DNA of 32,000 bases, from contig NC_016803.1 of the NCBI RefSeq assembly GCF_000189295.2, forward strand, positions 1,500,001 to 1,532,000. Reading direction: 5' to 3'. Position 1 is the first letter of the stretch; each line of letters opens with the position of its first letter. This document shows positions 9,205 to 17,615 of the stretch, one piece after another. The notes below the pieces were generated by a model. The model was not told the origin of the DNA, ran no database searches, and saw only the letters and a program-made list of their open reading frames with translations. A program made the translations under genes and the position numbers. The DNA comes from Pseudodesulfovibrio mercurii. Lineage in GTDB: Bacteria > Desulfobacterota > Desulfovibrionia > Desulfovibrionales > Desulfovibrionaceae.

Positions 9205-10701
9205 CTAGTAGGCGTTCATGGTCGGACCGTCGCTGCCGTCGTCCTCCGCCGGGGCCTTGGCCGGAGCCTTGGCCGCAGCGGCCGGAGCCGCCGCCGGAGC
9301 ACCGAAACCGGCGCCCTCGTGGTAGTCGCGGAAGAAACGCGGCGCGTCGTCGCCCGCGATGTAGCCCTGCGGGGTCAGGGTCTTGCCGTAGAAGGCCGGG
9401 TAGTCCTCGCCGTAGCGGTAGGCCCGGTGCACCATGTTGGCCATGCCGTCGATGTGGGCCTCGAAGGGCAGACCGTCGATGTTGTGGAACACGGCCTTGG
9501 CCTTGCCAGCGGAGATCGGGTTGACGAATTCCCAGACCAGCCGACCCTCGGGGTTGACCTCGAAGATGTGGCCGCCGTGGGTGGAGGTGATCAGGGTGTT
9601 GCCGTTCTTCAGCCGCTGCACCGCGCCCTGGCGGTGGGAGTTGAAGCTGTTGGTGTGCCGGGTCTTGAACTCCCAGACGATCTTGCCGGTCTTGGGATCG
9701 ACCTCGATGGCGCGGGACCGGCGGTCCTGGGGACGCTCGGAGCCGTTGTCGAAGACGAGCACATGGCCGTTCTTCAGCGGGGTGGCGCAGTGGTTGCCGA
9801 ACATCTGCTGGGAACCGTCATTCCAGTAGCTCGGCTTCTTGGCGGTGGGGTCCCAGGCCGAGGGGTTGCCCCAGCGGTACTCCATCTCGCCGGTCTTGTG
9901 GTTGATGAAGTAGAACTCGGACAGGTTGCGCGAGTTCAGGACCACGGTGTCGGTCTCGGGGATGTAGTTGACGGTGTTGAAGTGGGACCAGTCGTAGGTG
10001 GCGTACATCTCGCCCATGGGCATGGGCAGGGCGTAGTTGATGTCGAACTGCTTGGGCCCCGTGCCGATGTGATCCTTGATGTGCCATTCCCAGACGGTCT
10101 TGCCTTCGGGATTGACCTCGCGGACGAAATCCACCCAGAAACGGTCGTGGGGGATGCCCTTGGACATGACCGGCTTGGTCGGGATGGTCAGGGGATTGCG
10201 GCCCAGCTTGCGGGCCTCGTCATTGGTCAGGGTTTCCCAGCCCAGGATCATGGTGTTGCCGTTGGGCATGCGGCAGAAGGTGTGATGCTGGATTTCCTTG
10301 TTGGGGATGAACATCTTGTATTCCCATACCTTCTTGCCGTCCCAGTCGAACTCTTCCAGGATGCCGGCCGCGCCGCCGATGCCGCAGTAGCCGATTTCCT
10401 TCTTGTACGGCAGAACGCCGCCGCGCAGCAGGTGGCCGTTGGGCAGCAGCACGGAGTGCAGACCGGCGGTGTATTCACTCTGCCACGTGTGCACGATGTT
10501 GCCGCGCATGTCGATGAGATAGGTGGTCTTGCAGGCCACCGTGGGGTCGAACAGGGTGTATCCCTGATAGGCCATGGCCTGATTGTAGTACAGCACACCG
10601 GTGGGCCCGGTGATGGCCTCGTAGGCAAACGCCACCGAACTCAGGACCATCACGGAGATCCCGAACAGAAGCGCCATATGCCAGCGTTGCAGTTTGAGCA
10701 C
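9205..10701 (-). CDS. Arylsulfotransferase (ASST)-family beta-propeller protein with a Sec-type signal peptide and an Ala/Pro-rich C-terminal tail (paralog 1)
   Basis: Motifs LPNGHLLRGG, MPNGNTMILGW, LKNGHVLVFDNG and LKNGNTLITS. The likely start is the GTG at 10701, 5 nt after AAGGAGGA, giving VLKLQRWHMALLFGISVMVLSSVAFA. The tail is GAPAAAPAAAAKAPAKAPAEDDG. Confidence 0.7.
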   Translation of the reverse strand: MLKLQRWHMALLFGISVMVLSSVAFAYEAITGPTGVLYYNQAMAYQGYTLFDPTVACKTTYLIDMRGNIVHTWQSEYTAGLHSVLLPNGHLLRGGVLPYKKEIGYCGIGGAAGILEEFDWDGKKVWEYKMFIPNKEIQHHTFCRMPNGNTMILGWETLTNDEARKLGRNPLTIPTKPVMSKGIPHDRFWVDFVREVNPEGKTVWEWHIKDHIGTGPKQFDINYALPMPMGEMYATYDWSHFNTVNYIPETDTVVLNSRNLSEFYFINHKTGEMEYRWGNPSAWDPTAKKPSYWNDGSQQMFGNHCATPLKNGHVLVFDNGSERPQDRRSRAIEVDPKTGKIVWEFKTRHTNSFNSHRQGAVQRLKNGNTLITSTHGGHIFEVNPEGRLVWEFVNPISAGKAKAVFHNIDGLPFEAHIDGMANMVHRAYRYGEDYPAFYGKTLTPQGYIAGDDAPRFFRDYHEGAGFGAPAAAPAAAAKAPAKAPAEDDGSDGPTMNAY

Positions 10702-10845
10702 TCTTTCCTCCTTACCTGTTACAAATACTGTTGTTGCCACACGAGCCTCCCGCCCGACCCTGCACCGGCCGCGCTCCCTTCCCGGTCACTCTGGCGGGGG
10801 AGGCGGCCGCCCGGCACGGGCCGCGCGGTTGGCAGCATGGACCAA

Positions 10846-10860
10846 CCAAGTTTCATGCCA
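10846..10860 (-). promoter_or_regulatory. Candidate sigma-54 promoter for the ASST operon (weak -12 element)
   Basis: The minus strand reads TGGCAT-GAAAC-TTGG. The -24 element and spacing are correct, but -12 is GG instead of GC. It lies 145 nt upstream of the GTG start and downstream of a sigma-54 activator gene. Confidence 0.3.
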
Positions 10861-10915
10861 CTGTGATAGGCGGAAAAAACATATTGTAATTCAATTGGTT
10901 GTCATCCAGTTGACC

Positions 10916-10973
10916 GTGCGCATGCGCCTCTGTGCATGCGCTCTCACGCACACACTGTGCCGCCCTCCGCACA
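10916..10973. promoter_or_regulatory. Cluster of TGTGC/GCACA inverted repeats, a putative enhancer (UAS) for the adjacent sigma-54 response regulator
   Basis: GCGCATGCGC palindrome (10918-10927), TGTGC-N12-GCACA (10931-10952) and TGTGC-N8-GCACA (10956-10973). The cluster sits 56-127 bp upstream of the candidate -24/-12 element. Confidence 0.35.
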
Positions 10974-11049
10974 GACGGCCCCTCCCCCGGCCGGAGCCGG
11001 AACGGATGGCGGGCGCGGTCCGGGTGAGCTGCGGGACGCCCGGAAACGG

Positions 11050-11079
11050 CAAGGGCCGGTCCGCGAGGACCGGCCCTTG
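11050..11079 (-). terminator. 13-bp perfect hairpin terminating the kinase/regulator pair
   Basis: CAAGGGCCGGTCC-GCGA-GGACCGGCCCTTG lies 23 nt after the regulator stop codon. The flanking T-run is short. Confidence 0.5.
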
Positions 11080-11101
11080 TTTCGCACCCGCGCCACGGGG
11101 C

Positions 11102-12454
<1,353 letters not shown>

Positions 12455-12457
12455 GGC

Positions 12458-14401
12458 TCAGGCCTCCTCGTCGTGGACCGACGGAAATTCCAGGAACATG
12501 CAGGTGCCCCTTCCCGGCTCGGATTCGGCGAAAATCAGACCGTCGTGCCGCTCCACCATGCGGCGGGTGATGAACAACCCCAGGCCGAAGCCGCCCTTGC
12601 GCGACGAGAAGAACGGCTCGAAGATCTGCGTCAGGTTGTGCCGCTCGATGCCCGTGCCGTTGTCGCTGACCTCCAGGCGCACGGTCTCGTCCTCGCCCTC
12701 CCCGGCCCGGCAGGCGCGGATGAGGATGCGCTCGTCCTCGCCCGTCACGGCCAGGGAATTGAAGACCAGGTTCATGAGCACCTGTTGCAGGGCGCGGTCG
12801 TCGCCCCGGATGTACAGGGGCTCGTCGGGCAGGTCCACCTCCACCCGCTCCTGCTTGCGGCGGCTGCCGAGCAGGGACAGGGCGTCGCGGACCAGGGCGC
12901 CGATCTCCACGGTCTCCATGCTCATGGGCTTGGGCGTGGCCGCCTCGAGCAGCCCCTTGGTGATCTCGCCCGCGCGGATGGCGTTGCGCTGGATGGCCAA
13001 CAGGCCGTCCTTGACGTCCGGAACCAGCCCCTCCTCGAACATGAGGTCCTCGGCGTTGGCCTGGATGACGCCCAGGGGGTTGTTGATCTCGTGGGCCAGG
13101 GAGGCGGCCATCTTGCCGATGATGCCGAGGCGCTCGGACTGGATCAGCTCCTCCTCCATGCGGTTGCGCTCGGTCACGTTGCGGGCGAACAGACAGGCCA
13201 GGAGCTGGGTCCGGACCGGACCCTGAATGATCCGCCCGGCCACCTCCACCTCCATGGGGTGGCCCGCGCTCTCGACCATCTGGAACTCGAACTTGTCGCA
13301 GCCGTCGTTGAAGACCTTCTTCAGAAAGGCGTCGATCTCGTCGGCGTATTCGCGGGTGACCAACTGGCGCAGGTTGACCTCGTTCACGGGTCCGGGGAAG
13401 CGCAGGGAGTCGCGGGCGCGCTCGTTGGCGTGGAGCACGCTGCCCTCCTCGTTGACCAGAAAAATCATGTCCGGCGAAGATTCGATGAGGTCTCGGTAAC
13501 GCTGCTCGGTGCGGCGCAGGTCCTGGGTCACCCGGTCCACGCGCCGCTTGAGGGAGACGTTCCAGACCACGATGGCGACGAAGATGACCCCGGCCACGCC
13601 CGAGCCCACGGCCACGTACTTGGCGTAGTGGCGGAGGTCGTCGGTGATGGTCGGCTTGCCGAACCACTTGTCGCGCAGCTGGGCGGCCATGCCGCTCTCC
13701 CGCAGGTGGCGGAAGGCCTCCCGGATATCCTCGGCCAGCGCGGGCCGGCTCCGGGGCACGATGATGCCCAGGGGGCTCTCGCCGAGAACCACGCCCTTCT
13801 TGAGGATGTTCGGGATCTGGTAGCGGTCGATGAGGTCGTCGGCCACGCGCTCGGACGGGGCCACGAACACGTCCATGACCCCCTGGCTGACCATGTTCAG
13901 GGCCTCCATGGGCGAACTCAGCCAGACCACGTCCTCGGGCAGGTTGATCTCGGCGCTGTAGGGCGCGGAGGTGATGGCCACGACCTTCTTGCTGGCGAGG
14001 TCGCGCAGGCAGGTCACCGAGCGGCAGCTCTCGTTGACGTAGAGGTGGTGGCGCAGGCTGATGCCCACGGGAATCCAGATGGCGTCCAGTTCGTCGGCGG
14101 TCTCCTGCGAGTCGTGGGCCAGGATGTCCACCGAGCCGTTCAGGAAAAGCTCCCGCCGCTTGCCCAGGTCGTGGATGGGCCGGAACTCCATGTCCGCGCC
14201 CATGATCCTGCCCAGCATGACCATCTCGTCCACGGAGTAGCCGCGCACGCCCTGCTTGCCCTCCTTGACGGCCAGGAAGGAGAACGGCGGGGACAGGGCC
14301 CGCGTGCCCACGTGGTAAACCGGCCGCGCCAGGGCCCGCCCATGCGCCAGGACCGGGAGGAACCCGAGGCAGAGGATGAGGATAAGGACGGCGCGGCGCA
14401 T
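12458..14401 (-). CDS. Sensor histidine kinase with a periplasmic solute-binding (SBP family 3-like) domain, TM, PAS, HisKA and HATPase
   Basis: Signal/TM MRRAVLILILCLGFLPVLA, then an amino-acid-binding-protein-like domain of about 230 aa, a TM helix, PAS (YRDLIESSPDMIFLVNEEG), H-box SLAHEINNPL and N/G boxes (NLVFNS, DNGTGI, GFGLGL). The stop TGA is 3 nt before the regulator ATG, with GAGGAGG present. The start was reset to the ATG at 14401. Confidence 0.85.
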   Translation of the reverse strand: MRRAVLILILCLGFLPVLAHGRALARPVYHVGTRALSPPFSFLAVKEGKQGVRGYSVDEMVMLGRIMGADMEFRPIHDLGKRRELFLNGSVDILAHDSQETADELDAIWIPVGISLRHHLYVNESCRSVTCLRDLASKKVVAITSAPYSAEINLPEDVVWLSSPMEALNMVSQGVMDVFVAPSERVADDLIDRYQIPNILKKGVVLGESPLGIIVPRSRPALAEDIREAFRHLRESGMAAQLRDKWFGKPTITDDLRHYAKYVAVGSGVAGVIFVAIVVWNVSLKRRVDRVTQDLRRTEQRYRDLIESSPDMIFLVNEEGSVLHANERARDSLRFPGPVNEVNLRQLVTREYADEIDAFLKKVFNDGCDKFEFQMVESAGHPMEVEVAGRIIQGPVRTQLLACLFARNVTERNRMEEELIQSERLGIIGKMAASLAHEINNPLGVIQANAEDLMFEEGLVPDVKDGLLAIQRNAIRAGEITKGLLEAATPKPMSMETVEIGALVRDALSLLGSRRKQERVEVDLPDEPLYIRGDDRALQQVLMNLVFNSLAVTGEDERILIRACRAGEGEDETVRLEVSDNGTGIERHNLTQIFEPFFSSRKGGFGLGLFITRRMVERHDGLIFAESEPGRGTCMFLEFPSVHDEEA

Positions 14402-14554
14402 GATCGCCAGCCTAGCGCAAAGCGGGCCGTCGCGCCACCGCCGAAGCGGCGGGGCCGAAAAACGCCGACGTCCCCCGGCAGGAGGGATGCCGGGGGAGTA
14501 CGGTGAGAGGAGGTGGACAATGCGTCGGTTCAACGCTTTTCTCCGGGAACGTCG

Positions 14555-15250
14555 TTATGGCACGGCGCCGATGAGGACCGCCTTGTAGCCCTTGCCGATA
14601 TCGTTGCGGGCGTCCGAGTGGACCAGGATCATGTCCAGGAACCGGCCCGGTTCGAGCCCGTCCAGGGTCAGGGCGATGGCCGCCGACTGCCCGGCGGGCA
14701 CGGTCAGTTCGCCCTGCCAGTACGTCTTCCTGAACTTCTGCGACTCGACCTTCGTGACCAGCATGGGGGCGTCGCCCGCGTTGCGCACGGTCAGTGTCAC
14801 GGCATTGGCCTTGCCCGCCGCCAGGGTCCCCAGGTCCACCTTGCGCGGGTTGACCTCCATGACCCCCATGGGCACGGGTTCGACGTAGCCCACGATGTGG
14901 ATGACCTGGGCGTCCTCCTTGCCCTTGCCGGTGAACACGGTGACGGTTTTGTCGAACTTGCCTGGATATTTGAACGTGTTGTAGTTGATGATCATTTCCG
15001 TGGCTTCGCCGGGTTCGAGGCTGCTCTTCCCGAGAGCAGTGCTGGTGCAGCTTCAGGACGTGGTCACGTTCTCGATGGTCAGCGCCCGGTCGCCCGTATT
15101 GGTCAGGGTGATCGTCTGGCGGGCCACCGGCCCCTCGGTCATGGCCCCGAAGTCCACGGTGGTCTGGCTGACGGACAGGGGTCCGGCCCAGGCTCCGGCC
15201 GCCAGGCAGGCGACCAGGGCGCAGGCCAGGGCAATGGATCTGAAACGCAT
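14555..15250 (-). CDS. Exported DUF1573-family protein with in-frame UGA (15053-15055) read as selenocysteine; 231 aa, motif TS-U-S-C-T
   Basis: ORFs 15053..15250 and 14555..14995 share a frame. Only the TGA and 19 sense codons lie between them. Read-through restores a complete DUF1573 domain with the TGA at the first Cys of the conserved SCGCT motif. A SECIS-like hairpin follows. RBS AAGGAG precedes the ATG at 15250, and the signal peptide is MRFRSIALACALVACLAAGAWA. Confidence 0.7.
15021..15039 (-). other. Putative bacterial SECIS hairpin
   Basis: On the mRNA: UGA, 13 nt, then CUGCUCU-CGGGA-AGAGCAG (7-bp stem, 5-nt loop containing G). The loop starts 20 nt after the UGA, inside the 16-37 nt range I recall for bacterial SECIS elements. 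Confidence 0.5.
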
Positions 15251-15260
15251 TGTCGGCTCC

Positions 15261-15722
15261 TTATTGTTCCCCGTGCACGAAACGGGATTTGACCTTGTAG
15301 TCGAAGTTCTTGTCCTGGCCCTCGGTGTGGCAAGTGCGGCACAGGGCCTCGTCGGGCCTGGCGACGATGTCGGCCGGGTCCTGCGACGCCACGTGCTTCC
15401 GGCCGGGGCCGTGGCAGTTCTCGCACTGCACGTCCTTGAGTTCCGGGGTCAGGTCCATGTCGATGAACCCGCCGTCCGCGTCCATGGCCACCACGTGGCA
15501 GCGCACGCAGCCGGGCACCGACTGCTTCTCCTCGCCCTGCTGCTTCAAATCCTCGAAGGCGTTGGCGTGGGGGGTGGTCTTCCATCCCTTGACCACGTCG
15601 GCGTGGCACTCCTCGCAGGCGGTGTAGCCCACGTAGTCGCCGAACAGTTCGGCATGGGCCGCGGCCGCCGCCAGGGAGAGGAGGAAGCAGGCGACGGCCA
15701 CGATCAGCAGAAGGCGGTTCAT
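15261..15722 (-). CDS. Periplasmic tetrahaem c-type cytochrome
   Basis: Signal peptide plus four CxxCH motifs (CEECH, CVRCH, CENCH, CRTCH) in 153 aa. The stop lies 10 nt before the DUF1573 start. Confidence 0.88.
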   Translation of the reverse strand: MNRLLLIVAVACFLLSLAAAAAHAELFGDYVGYTACEECHADVVKGWKTTPHANAFEDLKQQGEEKQSVPGCVRCHVVAMDADGGFIDMDLTPELKDVQCENCHGPGRKHVASQDPADIVARPDEALCRTCHTEGQDKNFDYKVKSRFVHGEQ

Positions 15723-15735
15723 GGCGTTCTCCCGG

Positions 15736-16032
15736 CTAGCAGTTGCAGTCCGATGCGGGCTCTATGTAGATGACCTTCTCGAGCTTCCTGAGCAGGGCGT
15801 TGTCCACGCCGTCGATGTCGAGCAGCTCGGACATGTCCACGAACTCCCCGTTCTCCGTGCGGGCCTTGACGATCTCCTCGGCCAGTTCGTGGCTGATGCC
15901 GTCGATGGCCTCCAGCTGTTCCACGGTGGCCACGTTGAGGTTGAGCTTGCCGCTGTTGTCCGCGGCGAAGGATGCCTGCGCGGACAGGGCCAGGGCCAGG
16001 ACGAACGCCAGGATGAGGCAGATCTTTTTCAT
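15736..16032 (-). CDS. Small exported ComEA-like helix-hairpin-helix protein (paralog 2), C-terminus ...SDCNC
   Basis: Signal peptide MKKICLILAFVLALALSAQA, then LNLNVATVEQLEAIDGISHELAEEIVKAR..NGEF....ELLDIDGV. RBS AAGGAG. Confidence 0.7.
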   Translation of the reverse strand: MKKICLILAFVLALALSAQASFAADNSGKLNLNVATVEQLEAIDGISHELAEEIVKARTENGEFVDMSELLDIDGVDNALLRKLEKVIYIEPASDCNC

Positions 16033-16051
16033 GTTCGATACTCCTTTGAAT

Positions 16052-16255
16052 TTACCAGCCGAGATAGTGATGGCTGTACATGAAGAACCAGGCCACGCAG
16101 GAGAGGACTCCGCTGGCGATGCCGGAAACGGTTTTGCGGAAGGTCGAGGCCGTGTCGCGGCCCGCCTTGAACACGCCCAGGTACAAGGCCGCCGTGGTCA
16201 GCAGGACCAGCAGGACCGCGAACAGGGGCAGGATGACGTAGTAGATGCCGTGCAT
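16052..16255 (-). CDS. 67-aa two-TM membrane protein of unknown function
   Basis: Two hydrophobic helices (YYVILPLFAVLLVLLTTAALYLGV; IASGVLSCVAWFFMY). AGGAGGAG lies 3 nt upstream and the gene is tightly packed in the operon. Confidence 0.5.
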   Translation of the reverse strand: MHGIYYVILPLFAVLLVLLTTAALYLGVFKAGRDTASTFRKTVSGIASGVLSCVAWFFMYSHHYLGW

Positions 16256-16264
16256 GATCTCCTC

Positions 16265-16417
16265 CTAGAGCAGGCCCAGGTACTGGCTGACGGTGACGAC
16301 GGCCATGACTGCCAGGGCGAAGACGATGCCCAGGGTGTCCCTGTCCTGTTCCTCCACGCCCTGGTTGGCCATGAAGTCGAAGCCGGTTTCGTCGGTGGTG
16401 TGCGGATGTCTGTTCAT
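16265..16417 (-). CDS. 50-aa single-TM protein, absent from the supplied ORF track
   Basis: Hand translation gives MNRHPHTTDETGFDFMANQGVEEQDRDTLGIVFALAVMAVVTVSQYLGLL. TAGGAGGA lies 3-4 nt upstream of the ATG at 16417. The ORF fills an otherwise empty gap in the operon. Confidence 0.45.
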   Translation of the reverse strand: MNRHPHTTDETGFDFMANQGVEEQDRDTLGIVFALAVMAVVTVSQYLGLL

Positions 16418-16427
16418 GTCAATCCTC

Positions 16428-17588
16428 CTAGGCCGCGAACAGGCCGGTCTTGACGCAGATGACGAGGGCCGCGAGGAGCAGGGCGATGCGCAGGAGCCCG
16501 GCGGCCAGGGTGACCAGGACCCCCTTGAGGCCGTGCTGCGTGATCTCGCGGAAGGACACGGACAGGCCGAGCGCGGCCGCGGCCAGGGAGAAGTCCCACT
16601 TGACCATGGCGAAGATGGCGTGGTGGGCGGGCTCCTTGAACAGGTGCAGGCAGGCCAGGGCCCACAGGAAGACGAACACGCCGAGCCACAGCGGGAAGGT
16701 CTTGATGCCGCGCGTGGCCATGACCGTCTCGTCGTCGCGGCGGCGCAGCTTGCGCACGAACATGACGATGAAGACGTACAGGAAGCCCGCGGGCATGATG
16801 ACGTGGCGGCCCACGTCGAACCAGGTGGCCCAGCGGCCCGCCTCGTAGCTCGACCCGAAGGCCGCGAACAGGGCCTGGGCCCCGTTGCCCACGCCGACCA
16901 CCGAGGCCAGGCCCAGGGCCTGCGGGGTCAGTCCGACCCACTCCCCGAGCACGGGCAGCAGGTACATGGAGACCAGCCCGAAGCCGATGACGCAGGCCGT
17001 TGCGTGGACCACCTGGCCGCCCTTGGCCTTGATCAGCGGCATGAGGATGGCGCAGGCGTGGGGGTCGCCCGTGGCCAGGCCGCCCGCGATGATGGACCCG
17101 TGGCGGTCGTCGAGCCTGAACAGCTTCGCAATCCACAGGGTCAGGGTCGCGGTCAGGAACAGGGAGGCCGTGCAGATCAGGATCGGGGCAGCGCCGAGCT
17201 TTAAGGCGTGGCCGAGCATAAAGTGCGGGGCGAGCATGATGATGCCCAGCGGCATGAGCATGTGGATGTAGGACAGGCCGCGTTTCCAGGAGTCCGGCAC
17301 GCCGAAGACGTTGCCGATGATCAGGCCGACGAGCAGCGGGTTCCAGACGAAGTTGGAGTTCAGGACCTGGAAGAGGGACTGGTGGTGCACCGGACCGATG
17401 ACCCCGTCCAGCCAGGCGAACAGGTTTTGCAGGGTGAACGGGTTGGGCACCCCGGCCAGGTTGTTGCTGAAGATGGCGATGAAGAACATCGCCAGCAGTC
17501 CGGGCAGGACCGCCTTCAGGTCATACAGTGCGCTGAACCAGGATTTGCGGCCCAGCTCGTAGTGTATTGCCATGCTTTGGGTATTCAT
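16428..17588 (-). CDS. Polytopic inner-membrane transporter (about 10-11 TM), possibly a distant YeiH/UPF0324 (putative sulfate exporter) family member
   Basis: 386 aa and hydrophobic throughout. The LLVGLIIGNVFG...LMPLGIIMLA layout resembles YeiH, but the GxxSICG region is not conserved (GGLATGDPHACAIL). RBS GAGGAAAA. Confidence 0.5.
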   Translation of the reverse strand: MNTQSMAIHYELGRKSWFSALYDLKAVLPGLLAMFFIAIFSNNLAGVPNPFTLQNLFAWLDGVIGPVHHQSLFQVLNSNFVWNPLLVGLIIGNVFGVPDSWKRGLSYIHMLMPLGIIMLAPHFMLGHALKLGAAPILICTASLFLTATLTLWIAKLFRLDDRHGSIIAGGLATGDPHACAILMPLIKAKGGQVVHATACVIGFGLVSMYLLPVLGEWVGLTPQALGLASVVGVGNGAQALFAAFGSSYEAGRWATWFDVGRHVIMPAGFLYVFIVMFVRKLRRRDDETVMATRGIKTFPLWLGVFVFLWALACLHLFKEPAHHAIFAMVKWDFSLAAAALGLSVSFREITQHGLKGVLVTLAAGLLRIALLLAALVICVKTGLFAA

Positions 17589-17615
17589 TGCTTTTCCTCG
17601 TGATGTCTTGGGCCG

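Noticed and set aside
14455-14496. Hairpin CCCCCGGCA-N7-TGCCGGGGG followed 9 nt later by TTTTT (minus strand), between the DUF1573 gene and the kinase gene, as an intrinsic terminator.
   Set aside because: The U-run is not adjacent to the stem, so it is not a canonical terminator. It may still attenuate read-through, but the sequence alone does not decide whether the kinase has its own promoter.
16256-16267. In-frame TAG between the 50-aa and 67-aa small ORFs, as possible pyrrolysine or read-through.
   Set aside because: The TAG lies inside the ribosome-binding site of the downstream ORF. There is no PYLIS-like context or methylamine methyltransferase association. Two separate small proteins is the simpler reading.
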